DNA of 64,000 nucleotides from the human T2T-CHM13v2.0 reference genome, Homo sapiens. Below the pieces are notes generated by a model. The model was not told the DNA's origin. It saw only the letters and a program-made list of their open reading frames with translations, and made no database searches. Made by a program: the position numbers and the translations under genes. The stretch lies in the NCBI RefSeq assembly GCF_009914755.1, contig NC_060943.1; one strand, 5' to 3'. Each line of letters begins with the position of its first letter. Position 1 is the stretch's first letter. Below, one piece after another: positions 1 to 15,817 of the stretch.

Positions 1-1020
<1,020 letters not shown>

Positions 1021-1409
1021 AGAAATGGTTATGTTTTTCGGTTGTTTGTTTTTGAGATGGAGTCTCAGTCTGTCACATAGGCTGGAGTGCAGTGGTGAGA
1101 CCTCAGCTCATTGCAACCTCTGCCTCCTGGGATTCCAGTGATTCTCCTGCCTCAGCCCCCTGAGTAGCTGGGATTATAGATGCATGCCACCACACCTGGC
1201 TAGTTTTTGTATTTTTAGTAGAGATGGGGTTTCATCATGTTGGCCAGCCTGGTCTCAAACTTCTGACCTCGTGATCCACACATCTTGGCCTCCTGTGGAT
1301 TTTGAGGGAACTCGTGACCTAAATCATAACAGGAAATTTAGGCCTCATAAAGACATCATGGTTAAAGCAGAGGTGTTTTGTTTCCAGTAAAGTCCAATAG
1401 CAAGCTAAC

Positions 1410-2467
<1,058 letters not shown>

Positions 2468-3239
2468 AATTCCCCTGTCTTGATGAATTGGTTTTGTCTG
2501 GGCAAAGGGCAAGGTAAACTCCTTGGGCGGTTACACAACCTCCACCTCCTAGGTTCAAGAGATTCTCCTGCCTCAGCCTTCGGTGTAGCTGGGACTACAG
2601 GTGTGCACCAGCACGCCCAGGTAAGGTTTTGTATTTTTAGTAGAAATGGGGTTTCACCGTGTTGGCCAGGGTGGTCTTGAACTCCTGACCTCAAGTGATT
2701 CGCCCTCTTTGGCTTCCCAAAGTGCTGGAATTACAGGCGTGAGCCACCGCGCCTGGCCCTAAATGATTTCCTTTCTGTCTCCTATAACAGTTTGAAATTA
2801 CTTAAAAGTTGTTTCAAATTGAAAAAATAAAAAGAATGTAGATAAAAATAAAATATAAAAAGTTAAAAAAATTACATTAGATTACAAAATATATATGATG
2901 TATATGTAAGTCTCGAGAGGTCAAAAATGACAAATTTGATTTACTTACAAGGTTTTATTAAAATTAGCTTTCGTATTGATAATACACTATTACCAAAGTA
3001 AAAGTTTTCTCTTGAACAAAAATTTTTTGTATTATTAATATGACAGCCAAATACTTCTGTTCACCTTTTGAATACATTCAAAAAGAGAAAGAGTAAAAAA
3101 GAATTTTCCCATGCTCTCCGGTGGGCCTGGCTCAGCTCAAGGAGGAAGCCCGGCCTGAAAAGGCTGCAGCTGAGGCTGTGACTCTTTCTTCACTCAGCCC
3201 AGCATGTGATCACATCTTCTGTCACTCAGGGACTGAGGA

Positions 3240-3346
3240 GGCGGGGCCTTAAGCATTATCCAATCAGGGACGCTGGGTTGGAAACCGTCCAATCATGCAG
3301 GCAGCTGGAGCGAAGAGGAAGGCTTTCGGGTTTGGCGCGGCCATTT
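3240..3346 (+). promoter_or_regulatory. TATA-less KRAB-ZNF promoter: GC box, two CCAAT boxes, E2F and YY1 motifs
   Basis: ggcgggg 3240-3246; CCAAT 3260 and 3289; TTTGGCGCG 3331-3339; CGGCCATTT 3338-3346. CpG-rich to ~3800 and directly upstream of exon 1. Confidence 0.75.
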
Positions 3347-3474
3347 GTCTCTTGCTGCAGCTGGTGCTCCAAATCTGGTCTTAGCTGCTTCGTGTCTTCT
3401 TCTCCAGCCTCTGTGGCCCTGTGACCTGCAGGTATTGGGAGATCCACAGCTGAGGGACCCCCGGAAGCCTAGAA

Positions 3475-3477
3475 ATG
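3475..3477 (+). CDS. ZNF90: ZNF90 exon 1 coding part (ATG only)
   Basis: cctagaaATG|gtgaga, the typical ZNF91-subfamily first exon with a phase-0 donor. Confidence 0.9.
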
Positions 3478-3945
3478 GTGAGAGTGCCTTTCCAGCATTC
3501 CGAGAGAGGGGAGGGACTGGTTGGAACCGATGGGAAGTGGCTGTGGCGGGACTTAGGCCTCCCCGCAGTCAGCTCCACAATCTGCGACCGACTTCTCCTT
3601 GCCCAGTTCGGCCTCAGTCCCCTTCAGCCATAAGATGGCAACAGCGCCGACAGCCGGGCCCCGCGGCGTCCTGTCTCTTCCCTGCCCTGGCCTGGAGCCC
3701 TCTCTGGGCAGCTCTGCACCCACAGCGCTGCGTCTCTCCCAGATTGTGCAGGGAGCACGGGAGGGTTCTCGGGGGAGAATCCTGACTCGGGGTGCAGGTT
3801 CATGAATGGGAAGAGCTTTGGTCCATGGGGTTGACAGTTTCTCTTTTCTCCTATTAAAAACTTATGGGGCCGGTCGCTGTGGTTCATGCCTGTAATCCCA
3901 GCATTTTGGGAGGTCGAGGCGAGCGGATCACTTGAGGTAAAGGGT

Positions 3946-4181
3946 TGTTAGTACAACGTAGTTCTTCTTCAAAGACGCAACTTCCTGGTCATAAGTTGGA
4001 AAAGTTGTAAATCACCCCTACCCCTTCTTCTCCCTTCTCCTTTTCTCACAAATCGCGCATTACCCGATTTGGAAAAAGCTTGAGTGTAAGCCAACCGGGA
4101 TCAGCTTAGATTGTGCGGTCTGACCCCAGCCAATGGAGGGAAAACAAAAACAGAACTGCATTAGGGCTAATAACCCCTTCC
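3946..4181 (+). mobile_element. LTR10-like (HERV-I group) LTR fragment between Alu pieces
   Basis: tgttag start. cagcttagattgtgcggtctgaccccagccaat resembles the LTR at 27391-27980. Confidence 0.55.
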
Positions 4182-4550
<369 letters not shown>

Positions 4551-5158
4551 TTAGTTTCAAAAACCCAGTGAATAACTCTGGCATGGAAATTAAAGCTTGA
4601 ACCTAGTGATTCCGAGCTAAGGCTAATATTAAGCCTGCAAAAGGAGGGTTTTTTTTTTTTTTTTGAGATGGAGTTTGTCCAGGCAGATGCAGTTAAGATT
4701 AAGATGAAAGGAAACTGGATGGGTCTTACTGATAATGATGTTATTGTTTTGAGGCACTTGTTTGACTTTGTAAAATAAAAACGTTAGATTTATGGAAAAA
4801 AATGAATTCCAAAAACATATTGCAACAGGAGGAAGTACCAACAAAGTATAACGTCTTTATGGCTTGCAAAAACGTAGGCAGAAAAGTGCTTTCTTCCCTA
4901 GGGAGGAGCAAAGAAGTTTAGAAAGGAGGTGGGAGGGGAATGGCAAATGGAGGGTGCAAAAGTCAGATTTTATATCAGAGAATGTCTTACTCTGAAATCA
5001 GCATGTTCTTAGGAGGGATGTAAAATGTGGTTGTATGTTGACTCAGACTGAGGGTAGCTCAAAGTTCAGGAGCTTGAGGGAGGCATATAAGCTTAAGAAA
5101 AGTTTCATTGAGAAATATTTTGTTTTAGGCCAGGCGCGGTGGCTCACGCCTGTAATCT

Positions 5159-5904
<746 letters not shown>

Positions 5905-6250
5905 TTCTCTTTTCTTTGATCTATGCATTTCTTCCATTTGGCTTTTCCTGGGCCACATCTTATACATTAAACCGGTAAACATCACTACAGTGTTTTCCTG
6001 AGTTCTGTGAATAGCTCTAGCAAATTATTTGGGTGTCCCCAATTTTCAAACAATAGGTGAGAAGCATAGATGGGCCATGGGGTTTGTGACTGGCATCTGC
6101 AGTGAGGACAATGTTGTGGGACTGAGCACTGAAACGGGGTCTGTGCTGACTCTGGGTGGTGTCAGATTTCAAATGTTAGATAATGAGTTGTTGTTGGAGA
6201 GTTGTTTGACGTTCAGCAAACTCTGCAGATTTGGTGCCAGCAAAAGATAT
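5905..6250 (+). mobile_element. Old LTR fragment (MER21-like)
   Basis: ttcctgagttctgtga...ctagcaaatta resembles MER21-group LTRs; heavily diverged. Confidence 0.35.
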
Positions 6251-6402
6251 CACGGAGGCCTGGCCTGGAATAAAACTCTGGGTGTTTGGGAATAGGAGGC
6301 TCTCCTGTACACAGGCTGTCACACTGCCCATTGTCCTGTGATTCCAGATCTTCTCCCAGGGTGACAGAGGACTGAAAACTTAGAGGAAAAGAGCTCTGAT
6401 GA

Positions 6403-6765
<363 letters not shown>

Positions 6766-7087
6766 TGATCCACCCACCTTGCCCTCCCAAAGTGCCGGGA
6801 TTACAGGCATAAGCCATCGCACCCAGCCAGCATTTTTGATCCTAGTGTTTCTTGCCAAGAACCCACAAGTGTCTACAAGTCTCCTGGCATATCCCCACCC
6901 CCAGACACTGAATCTGCAGCAGCAACCTATTTTCTCCATCAACCTAAAGGTCTGGACCTCCTCTTTATAATCTCATCTGCCTGCATGCATACAGAAATAA
7001 ATCAGAGTGTGGCCCCACCTGGGCCACTATCTGTAGCGAAAATCAGTCTGTTCATCTACATTGCAGTCTTTCCCACACAGGGATTTG

Positions 7088-7406
7088 TTTTTTTTCTTTC
7101 TTTCTTTCTTCTTTTTTTTTTTTTGAGATGGCGTCTCGCTCTGTCATCCAGGCTGGAGTGCAGTGGCGAGATCTCGGCTCACTGCAAGGTCTGCCTCCCA
7201 GGTTCACACTATTCTCCTGCCTCAGCCTGCTGAGCAGCTGGGACTACAGGCACGTGCCACTACCCCCGGCTAATTTTTTGTATTTTTAGTAGAGACGGGG
7301 TTTCACCATGTTAGCCAGGAGGGTCTCGATCTCCTGACCTCGTGATCCACCCGCCTCGGCCTCCTAAAGTGCTGGGATTACAGGCGTGAGCCACCGCGCC
7401 TGGCCT
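7088..7406 (-). mobile_element. AluY
   Basis: Full antisense Alu with Y-type diagnostic sequence. Confidence 0.9.
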
Positions 7407-7683
7407 GTTTTTTTTTCTTGTAGCTTTTATTTTTGGTTTAGGGTACACATATGGGTTTGTTATACAGCTAAAATTATGTCATGGGGGTTTGGTGTGCAGA
7501 TTTTATCACTGAGATACTACGTATAGCACCAAACATGTCTGTTTTCTGATCCTCATGGTCCTCCCACTCTCCACCCTCTACTAGGTCTCAGTGTCTGTTA
7601 TTCTCCTGTTGTGTTCATGTGTTCTTATTATTTAGCTCTTACTTATAAATAATAACATGCATTTGGTTTTCTGTTTCTGCATT

Positions 7684-8645
7684 TGTGGGGAAAAGAGAGA
7701 TCAGACTGTTACTGTGTCTATGTAGAAAGAAGTAGACATAAGAGACTCCATTTTGTTCTGTACTAAGAAAAATTCTTCTGCCTTGAGATACTGTTAATCT
7801 GTAACCCTACCCGCTACCCTGTGCTTGCAGGAACATGTGCTGTGTCCACTCAAGGTTTAATGGATTTAGGGCTATGCAGGATGTGCTTTGTTAAACAAAT
7901 GCTTGAAGGCAGCATGCTTGTTAAAAGTCATCACCACTCCCTAATCTCAAGTGCCCAGGGACACAAAACACTGTGGAAGGCCGCAGGGACCTCTGCCTAG
8001 GAAAGCCAGGTATTGTGCAAGGTTTTTCCCCATGTGATAGTCTGAAATATGACCTCATGGCAAGGGAAAGACCTGACCATCCCCCAGCCCGACACCCATA
8101 AAGGGTCTGTGCTGAGGAGGATTAGTAAAAGAGAAAGTCCTCTTTGCAGTTGAGATAAGAGGAAGGCATCTGTCTCCTGCTCCTCCCTGGGCAATGGAAT
8201 GTCTCAGTGTAAAACCTGATTGTATATTCCATCTACTGAGATAGGAGAAAACCCCCTTAACGCTGGAGGTGAGACGTGCTGGTGGCAATACTGCTCTTTA
8301 ATGCACCAGATATGTTTATGTATGTGCACATCAAAACACAGCACATTTTCTAACCTTGTTTCTGACACTGAGACATTTCTTCACGTTTTCCTGCTGACCC
8401 TTCCCCCGCTATTACCCTATTGTCCTGCCACATCTCCCTCTCTGAGATGGTAGTGATAATGATCAGTAAATAACTAGGGAACTCAGAGACTGGTGCCGGT
8501 GCCGGTCCTCCATCTGCTGAGCTCTTGTCCCCTGGGCCCACTTTTCTTTCTCTATACTTTGTCTCTGTGTCTCTTTCTTTTCTCAGTCTCTAGTCCCACC
8601 CGATGAGAAATACTCACAGGTGTGGAGGGGCAGGCCACCCCTTTA
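7684..8645 (+). mobile_element. HERV-K(HML-2) solo LTR (LTR5A/B type), 962 bp
   Basis: tgtggggaaaagagagatcagactgttactgtgtc ... ggggcaggccacccctt(t)a. TSD gcatt at 7679-7683 / 8646-8650. Confidence 0.93.
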
Positions 8646-8655
8646 GCATTAGTTT

Positions 8656-8968
8656 TCTTTTTTTTTTGTTTTTTGTTTTGTTTTTTGAGATGAAGTTTTG
8701 CTCTTGTTGCCCAGGCTGCAGTGTAATGTTGCGATCTCGGCTCATTGCAACCTTTGACTCCTGGGTTCTAGCGATTCTCCTGCCTCAGCCTCCCAAGTAG
8801 CTAGTATTATAGGCGTGCACCACCACGTTTGGCTAATTTTGTGTTTTTAGTAGCAACAGGGTTTCTCCATGTTGGTCAGGATGGTCTTAAGCTCCCGACC
8901 TCAGGTGATTATCCCACTTCAGCCTCCCAAAGTGCTGGGATTACAGGCCTGAGCCACCACGCCCAGGC
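8656..8968 (-). mobile_element. Alu (S-type)
   Basis: Antisense Alu. Right TSD tctgcattagttttct at 8969-8984; left TSD split by LTR5. Confidence 0.9.
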
Positions 8969-9099
8969 TCTGCATTAGTTTTCTAAGAATAATGATCTCC
9001 AGCATCATCGATGTTATTGCAAAGGACATAATCATTTCTTTTAATGGCCACAGAGTATTCATGATGTTTATGTATCATATTTTGTTTTTACTAAATCTT

Positions 9100-9736
<637 letters not shown>

Positions 9737-10570
9737 TGATAGGCATTTACAGCCTGTCCATGTCTTTGCTATTGTGAATAGTGCTGCAATGAACATGCAT
9801 GTGGGTATGTCTTTATGATATAATAATTTATATTTCTTTGGCTATATACCCAGTTGTGGGGCTCCTGGGTCAAATGAGGATTCTGTTTTTAGTTCTGTGA
9901 GGAATCGCCACACTGCTTTTTACAGTTTTTGAACTAATTTACACTCCCACCAGAAGAGTATAAGCATTCCCTTTTCTCTGCAACCTTGCCAGCATCTGTT
10001 ATTTTTTGACTTTTTAAAAATAGCCATTCTGACTGGTGTGTGGTGGTGTCTCATTGTGATTTTTCTTTTAATTTCTCTAATGATTAGCGATGACCACTTT
10101 TTTTCATATGCTAGTTAGCTTCATATATGTCTTCTTTTGAAAAGCATCTGTTCATATATTTTGCCTAATTTTTAATGAGGTTGTTCGGTTTTTTCTTGTA
10201 AGCTTGTAGGTTGTCTGTTTACTCTGTTGATAGTTTCCTTTCTGTTAGGAAGCTCTTAAGTTCAAATGGGTCCCATTGGTCAATTTTTGCTTTTGTTGCA
10301 GTAGCTTTTGGTAGCTTCCTCATGAAGTCTTTCCCAGTTTTTATGTCTAGAATGGTATTTCCTAGGTTATCATGGCTGGGTTTCTTATAATTTTAAGTTT
10401 TTCATTTAATTTTTTAATTTATCTTCAGTTGATTTTTGTAAATCAAAATGAAATGAAAGGGTCCAGTTTCTGTCTTCTACATAGTGTTAGGTATTTATTC
10501 CAGCACCATTTATGAAACAATTCTTCCCACATTCCTCTTGACAGCTTTGTCAGAAATCTGATGGCGGTAG

Positions 10571-10906
<336 letters not shown>

Positions 10907-13030
10907 GTTGCATTGGTCTTATGCATTAATAAGTTTCATATAATATCTTTCTCTCTTTTGGTTTTTCCCTCATAAACCTTCTTTCAAGTGCATACATTGT
11001 ACAAATTTCAGATGTCCAAGAGTTCAAAACTCTTTGAAAACTTCCAAAAATGTTTTTGCTATTCCCTCTTTTTGTAAGGAATTTAGATTATATGTAGATA
11101 TTTTTCTTTGTTTTATTGAAATATATGTAAATCATATTAACAGCTAAATAAACCTTTTGTCATTTTTTCTGACTCCAGATTATCTTTATCTAGTACTTCA
11201 GATTTATTACTTTGTTTTTGCTTCCAAAATGTTTATTTTTTTCATTTTTAGTCCTTTAGACAGATTTGTTTAGATAAAAGCTCATTTTAATAGCATACAG
11301 AAGCTTAGCACAAAGAGAATTAAATTTAGCAATACAGAATGATAAAGACTAAAAGATACTAAATTTCTTTGTCAGAAACCTGATGATCCAAGGTAATTAT
11401 CCAATATTTGCAGGCTGAAGCACTTGTACTGCAAAAGCAAGAACAGTTCAGTGCATAAACTGAACAGTGCAGTCTGTAGTTGTACCTTGCTTTCTATTAC
11501 TTCATAACAATTAGTATAGTTATGTGTAATGTTTGCAGACTACCTGCATTCATATAAATTAAACAGTATTTTCTTTTCTTTTTTTTTTTTTTTTTTTTTT
11601 GAGACAGAGTCTCACTCTTGCCCAGGCTGGAGTTCAGTGGCGTAATCTCAGCTCACTGCAACCGCTGCCTCCCGGGTTGAAGTGATTCTCCTGCCTCAGC
11701 CTCCAGAATAGCTGGGATTACAGGTGTGCCCAACCATGCCTGTCTAAATTATTGTATTTATAGTAGGGATGGTGTGTTATCATGTTCACCAGCTTAATCT
11801 TGAATCCTTGACCTCAGGTGATCCACCCGCCTCAGCCTCCTAAAGTGCTGGGATTACAGGGGTGAGCCATAAACAGTATTTTCTACAATAGTATGAGTAC
11901 AAAGCTGCACTACTTACTTTGAATTAATCACTTAAATGGTTATTTTAATATCATTATTTACACTTCTGAAATATAAAATGTTTTAACTGAAGTATAGTTT
12001 TAATTTTTAAAACTATAATTTTAAACTATACACATACTATATACATACTATATACATTATGACTAGTTCATTAAAATGATTTATACTTACTTAAGTCTAA
12101 TATCCAAATAAAATTTATACCAAATTGTTACATTAAGTAGATATTAGTGTGACATGTTTATTACTTTATTCAATAGGGATTATTATGAGTAAACACAATT
12201 TTAATATCTTTTATTTCACTAAATTGGTATGCTGCTATTACAGGACAAATAAAGACAGGTGATGTGGCCACCCAAAAACTATAATGGTTCTTCAGTTTGC
12301 TATGTTGCAAGCTCTAATATGTTCCACTATATGAACACAGTCAGATTCTATTTCTTCATCAAAAAGTGTTGCTTGAAGTTGTCAGATGTATTTCAATATA
12401 GAACCTCCATTCAATGGCTAGGAGATGAGGGAACAGCAGAGATGGAAAAGAAACTTTATAAAATTATTCTTAAGATCTGCCTCCTTCATAATGCTCATTT
12501 CTCATGCTGAGAGTAGCTTGCACTTTGGGTGTTTAGAGAGAGATTTCTTTTAGGGGAATATTTTCTGACTGACATGATCAATCTTATATCTAATCTGAGC
12601 TTTTTCTTAGATTATTTTAACTTTTTTCTCAAAATAATCTTGCTCAGATGGAGATAATGTTTTTCTCTCCAATGCTTTGGGTGTCTGTTTCAGAAGATCT
12701 ATTTGTATCACATGGTTTCTGAATAAGCTGGGCTGTCACAGTGAGAGCTTTTGGAGCTATCTCTATCTGGACTCATGCTGGAAATTCAGCAGTATTTTTT
12801 CCTTGTCACCATTATAAGTAGAAAGGAGTTGAAACACTGCTCCCATTTCCATTACTGTGAAGGTGAAATTTTACCCAGGAGGCCTGCAGGCTCTCCTCCT
12901 GCAGCTCAGGCTTCACTCTCTGATGTGACACTGGAGTGCTGCTGTGGCAAATTGGGTTCACACAAAAGGTGAGCTGTGCTCTGGGCTGTGCCTCAGTGGC
13001 AGATGGTAGAGGTAAATAGAGGACACTAGC

Positions 13031-13481
13031 TTTCGTGCGTGTCTATGTGAAGAGACCACCAAACAGGCTTTGTGTGAGCAATAAAGCTTTTGATCACCTG
13101 GGTGCAGTTGGGCTGAGTCCGAAAAGAGAGTCAGCAAAGGGAGATAAGTGTGGGGCCATTTTATAGGATTTCGGTAGGTAAAGGAAAATTAAAGTCAAAG
13201 GGGGTTTGTTCTCTGGTGGACAGGAATGGGGGTCGCAAGGTGCTCAGTGGGGGTGCTTTTTGAGCCAGGATGAGCCAGGAAAAGGACTTTCACAAAGTGA
13301 TGTCAACAGTTAAGGCAAGGACCGGCCATTTACACTTCCTTTGTGGTGGAATGTCATCAGTTAAGGTGGGGCAGGGCATATTCACTTCTTTTGTGATTCT
13401 TCAGTTACTTCAGACCATCTGGGCATATACGTGCAGGTCACAGGGGATGCGATGGCTTGGCTTGGGCTCAGAGGCCTGACA
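13031..13481 (-). repeat. HERV-H 3' LTR (LTR7), 451 bp
   Basis: tgtcaggcctctgagcccaagc start on minus strand; PPT agaaggcaggaa at 13482-13493. Confidence 0.96.
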
Positions 13482-13642
13482 TTCCTGCCTTCTTATATTA
13501 ATAAGAAAAATAAAACAAAATAGTGTTGAAGTGTTGGGGCGGCAAAAATTTTTGGGGGGTGGTATGGAGAGAGAATGGGCGATGTTTCTCAGGGCTGCTT
13601 CAAGCGGGATTGGGGGGGCGTGGGAACCTAGAGTGGGAGAGA

Positions 13643-14245
13643 TTAAGCTGAAGGGAGGTCTTGTGGTAAGGGGTGATATTGTGGGGATGTTAGAAGAAAC
13701 ATTTGTCGTATAGAAAGATTGGTGATGGCCTGGATACGGTTTTGGATCAATTGAGAAACTAAACAGAAGATACAAGGTTCAAATAAAGGAAGGAGAAAAA
13801 TGGGTATTAAAGGACTAAGAATTGGGAGGACCCAAGACATCCAATTAGAGAGTGCCCAAGGGGGTTCAGCGTAATTACTTGCTTGGTTGGCAAGTTTTTG
13901 GGCTCTATCCTTGAGTTTTTTTATGTTGTCATACACCAGGCCAGATTGATTTAGGTAAAAACAACACTCTTCATTTAAGAATATGCAGGGTCCTCCTTTT
14001 TCAGCAGTGAGTAAGTCAAGGCCTCGGCAGTTTTGGAGGACAACTGCAGCTAAAGAGTCAACTTGGGCCTGGAGGACTGATAAAGTTTGTGATATGTCTG
14101 TGATGCTAGCAGAGAAGTCATTACACAGGCTACAGAAGGTCGTGACAGAGGTTGAAATGCCTGCTATTCCAGTACCAAGAGCAATAGTGGAGGCAGAAAG
14201 TCCTAAACGGACCATCAAGGGAATTAGTGGAAGAACTCTTTTTTG
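13643..14245 (-). pseudogene. HERV-H env TM subunit, open and in frame with SU but downstream of a stop
   Basis: QKR|VLPLIPLMV fusion peptide, LQNCRGLDLLTAEKGG immunosuppressive domain, CX6CC, TM helix, tail ending PLPQDLPSA*. Confidence 0.92.
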
Positions 14246-15355
14246 TCATGTTGGTGTCATGAGGGGAACAGGGAGCTCTTCGGTCCTATTTGCAAATTGA
14301 ATTTTGGGGGTAAGGAAGACTAGTGTACATGTGCCTGTCCAATTAGCAGGTAGACACATGTAGGTAGAGGATCCACAGAGGAAGAAGAGACCTTGTGTGA
14401 GGCAAAACTGGAGATGTAAAGTAAAAAGATGAGAAGGAGTGCTGAAAGGGGTGTCTTGTACCCAGACTCCTAGGGATCCAGCTAGGGCGGCAGCTGTCAG
14501 AGGTTGTAATGGGGACTGATGGGGTAACTGCATAGAGGGGGAGTTTTGATTTTCATGGTGTATGAGAAAACATTGAGTATCTATGAGCAACCTTTCACTG
14601 TTATTTTCGGGGCTGGGTATAAGTAAACGAGAAGAGGGCCTGGGAGGAGAGTCTGACGAGCAAGGGGAAGGTAGCCAAGGATGGAGTGAAATACAGGGCA
14701 AGTGTCTTCCTAAGCAATAATTGCTGCGAATTTTTTTAAGTTTGCCTGTATTGATAGAGGGCTTGTCTGTAATATGCAGCTGGAAGGCTCCAGTTGTTTC
14801 AGTGATGTGTGTAGTTGGGCTTCGGAGATGAAGAGTAAAGGAACATCGAGAAGGTAAAAGATTACCTAGGGGAATTCCAGTGGGTCTTTGCGGAGAGATA
14901 CATAAAGGAGTGGCCACTGGAATAGTAATTTGTGTTGTGAGAGGTCCAAATAGGGGGGAAGTAGAGTTAATATAAGGAGAAAGGTTTTTTAAATAAGTGC
15001 GAAGGAGGGCGGCAGCTTGCTGATGTGAAATGTCTGGGGAAGTCTTGCTGGACCTGTCCAGAAAGTAAATGAGTTCTTCAGGAGGGTAAAGTTGAGGGCT
15101 GTTAAAGGAAGTTCGGAGGTGTAGGGAGACGGGGGGTGTTGCCCAGTCTGTCTGTAAGGTGGGGACAGCTGTGTAGGCACTGGAAGAAAGGGAAATGCAA
15201 AGGCAGCAGTTGTTCGCCAAGGAGGGATTAGAAGCGGCTAGGAGAGAATGGGTAAGGTTGATACTGTGGTGGAGATAGCTGGGGAGAGGTAGAGGGTGAC
15301 ATAAGAATGGGAATGAGAATAAGAGTGAGCATAAAAGTAAAGAGTAGAACTTCAT
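14246..15355 (-). CDS. HERV-H env signal peptide plus complete SU, 369-aa ATG-initiated ORF ending at the furin site (expression unproven)
   Basis: ATG 15355 MKFYSLLLCSLLFSFPFLC signal peptide; CCLC (CxxC); N-glycan sequons NLT, NST, NNS, NWT, NRT; TGA at 14246-14248. Confidence 0.6.
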   Translation of the reverse strand: MKFYSLLLCSLLFSFPFLCHPLPLPSYLHHSINLTHSLLAASNPSLANNCCLCISLSSSAYTAVPTLQTDWATPPVSLHLRTSFNSPQLYPPEELIYFLDRSSKTSPDISHQQAAALLRTYLKNLSPYINSTSPLFGPLTTQITIPVATPLCISPQRPTGIPLGNLLPSRCSFTLHLRSPTTHITETTGAFQLHITDKPSINTGKLKKIRSNYCLGRHLPCISLHPWLPSPCSSDSPPRPSSRLLIPSPENNSERLLIDTQCFLIHHENQNSPSMQLPHQSPLQPLTAAALAGSLGVWVQDTPFSTPSHLFTLHLQFCLTQGLFFLCGSSTYMCLPANWTGTCTLVFLTPKIQFANRTEELPVPLMTPT

Positions 15356-15817
15356 CAGGGTTGGAAGTATTGGAGGGTGCCCTGCCAGCAAAGATCATCT
15401 ATCCACTCTAAGAGGGAGTTAAGAGTGGTGGTTTGGGGATAGCACCAAGAGATATCAGCTGTAATGGCTTGAAGAAACAGTGTAAACTGGCAGTGTAAAC
15501 AAGAGTAGGGCATTTATAAGTAGTTGAGAATGGAGAATAGGAGTATGACCGGACAGAAGATAGTAGGGATGACTAGTTTTTGGGGCTCGGCCTAAGTGGT
15601 GGGGGTGACTTCGTAAAGCCCTGTTGCAAAAAGTAGGGTAAGGACGAACAGACCTAATAGAATGAAGGGATGTATTAGGCTCATAAGGGTTATTACTGTT
15701 CTTCAGAAATACGAGTGAGTTTAAGGGAAGTGGGGGAGAGTACTTAAGTGGGGGAGAGTACTTGTGACTTCTAGGAGGAAGAGGAGGGATTAGGCTGGCT
15801 GTCCGATGGACACAGCT

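Noticed and set aside
3345-3887. GC-rich ORFs across exon 1
   Set aside because: Chance ORFs in a CpG island crossing the splice donor; no recognisable homology.
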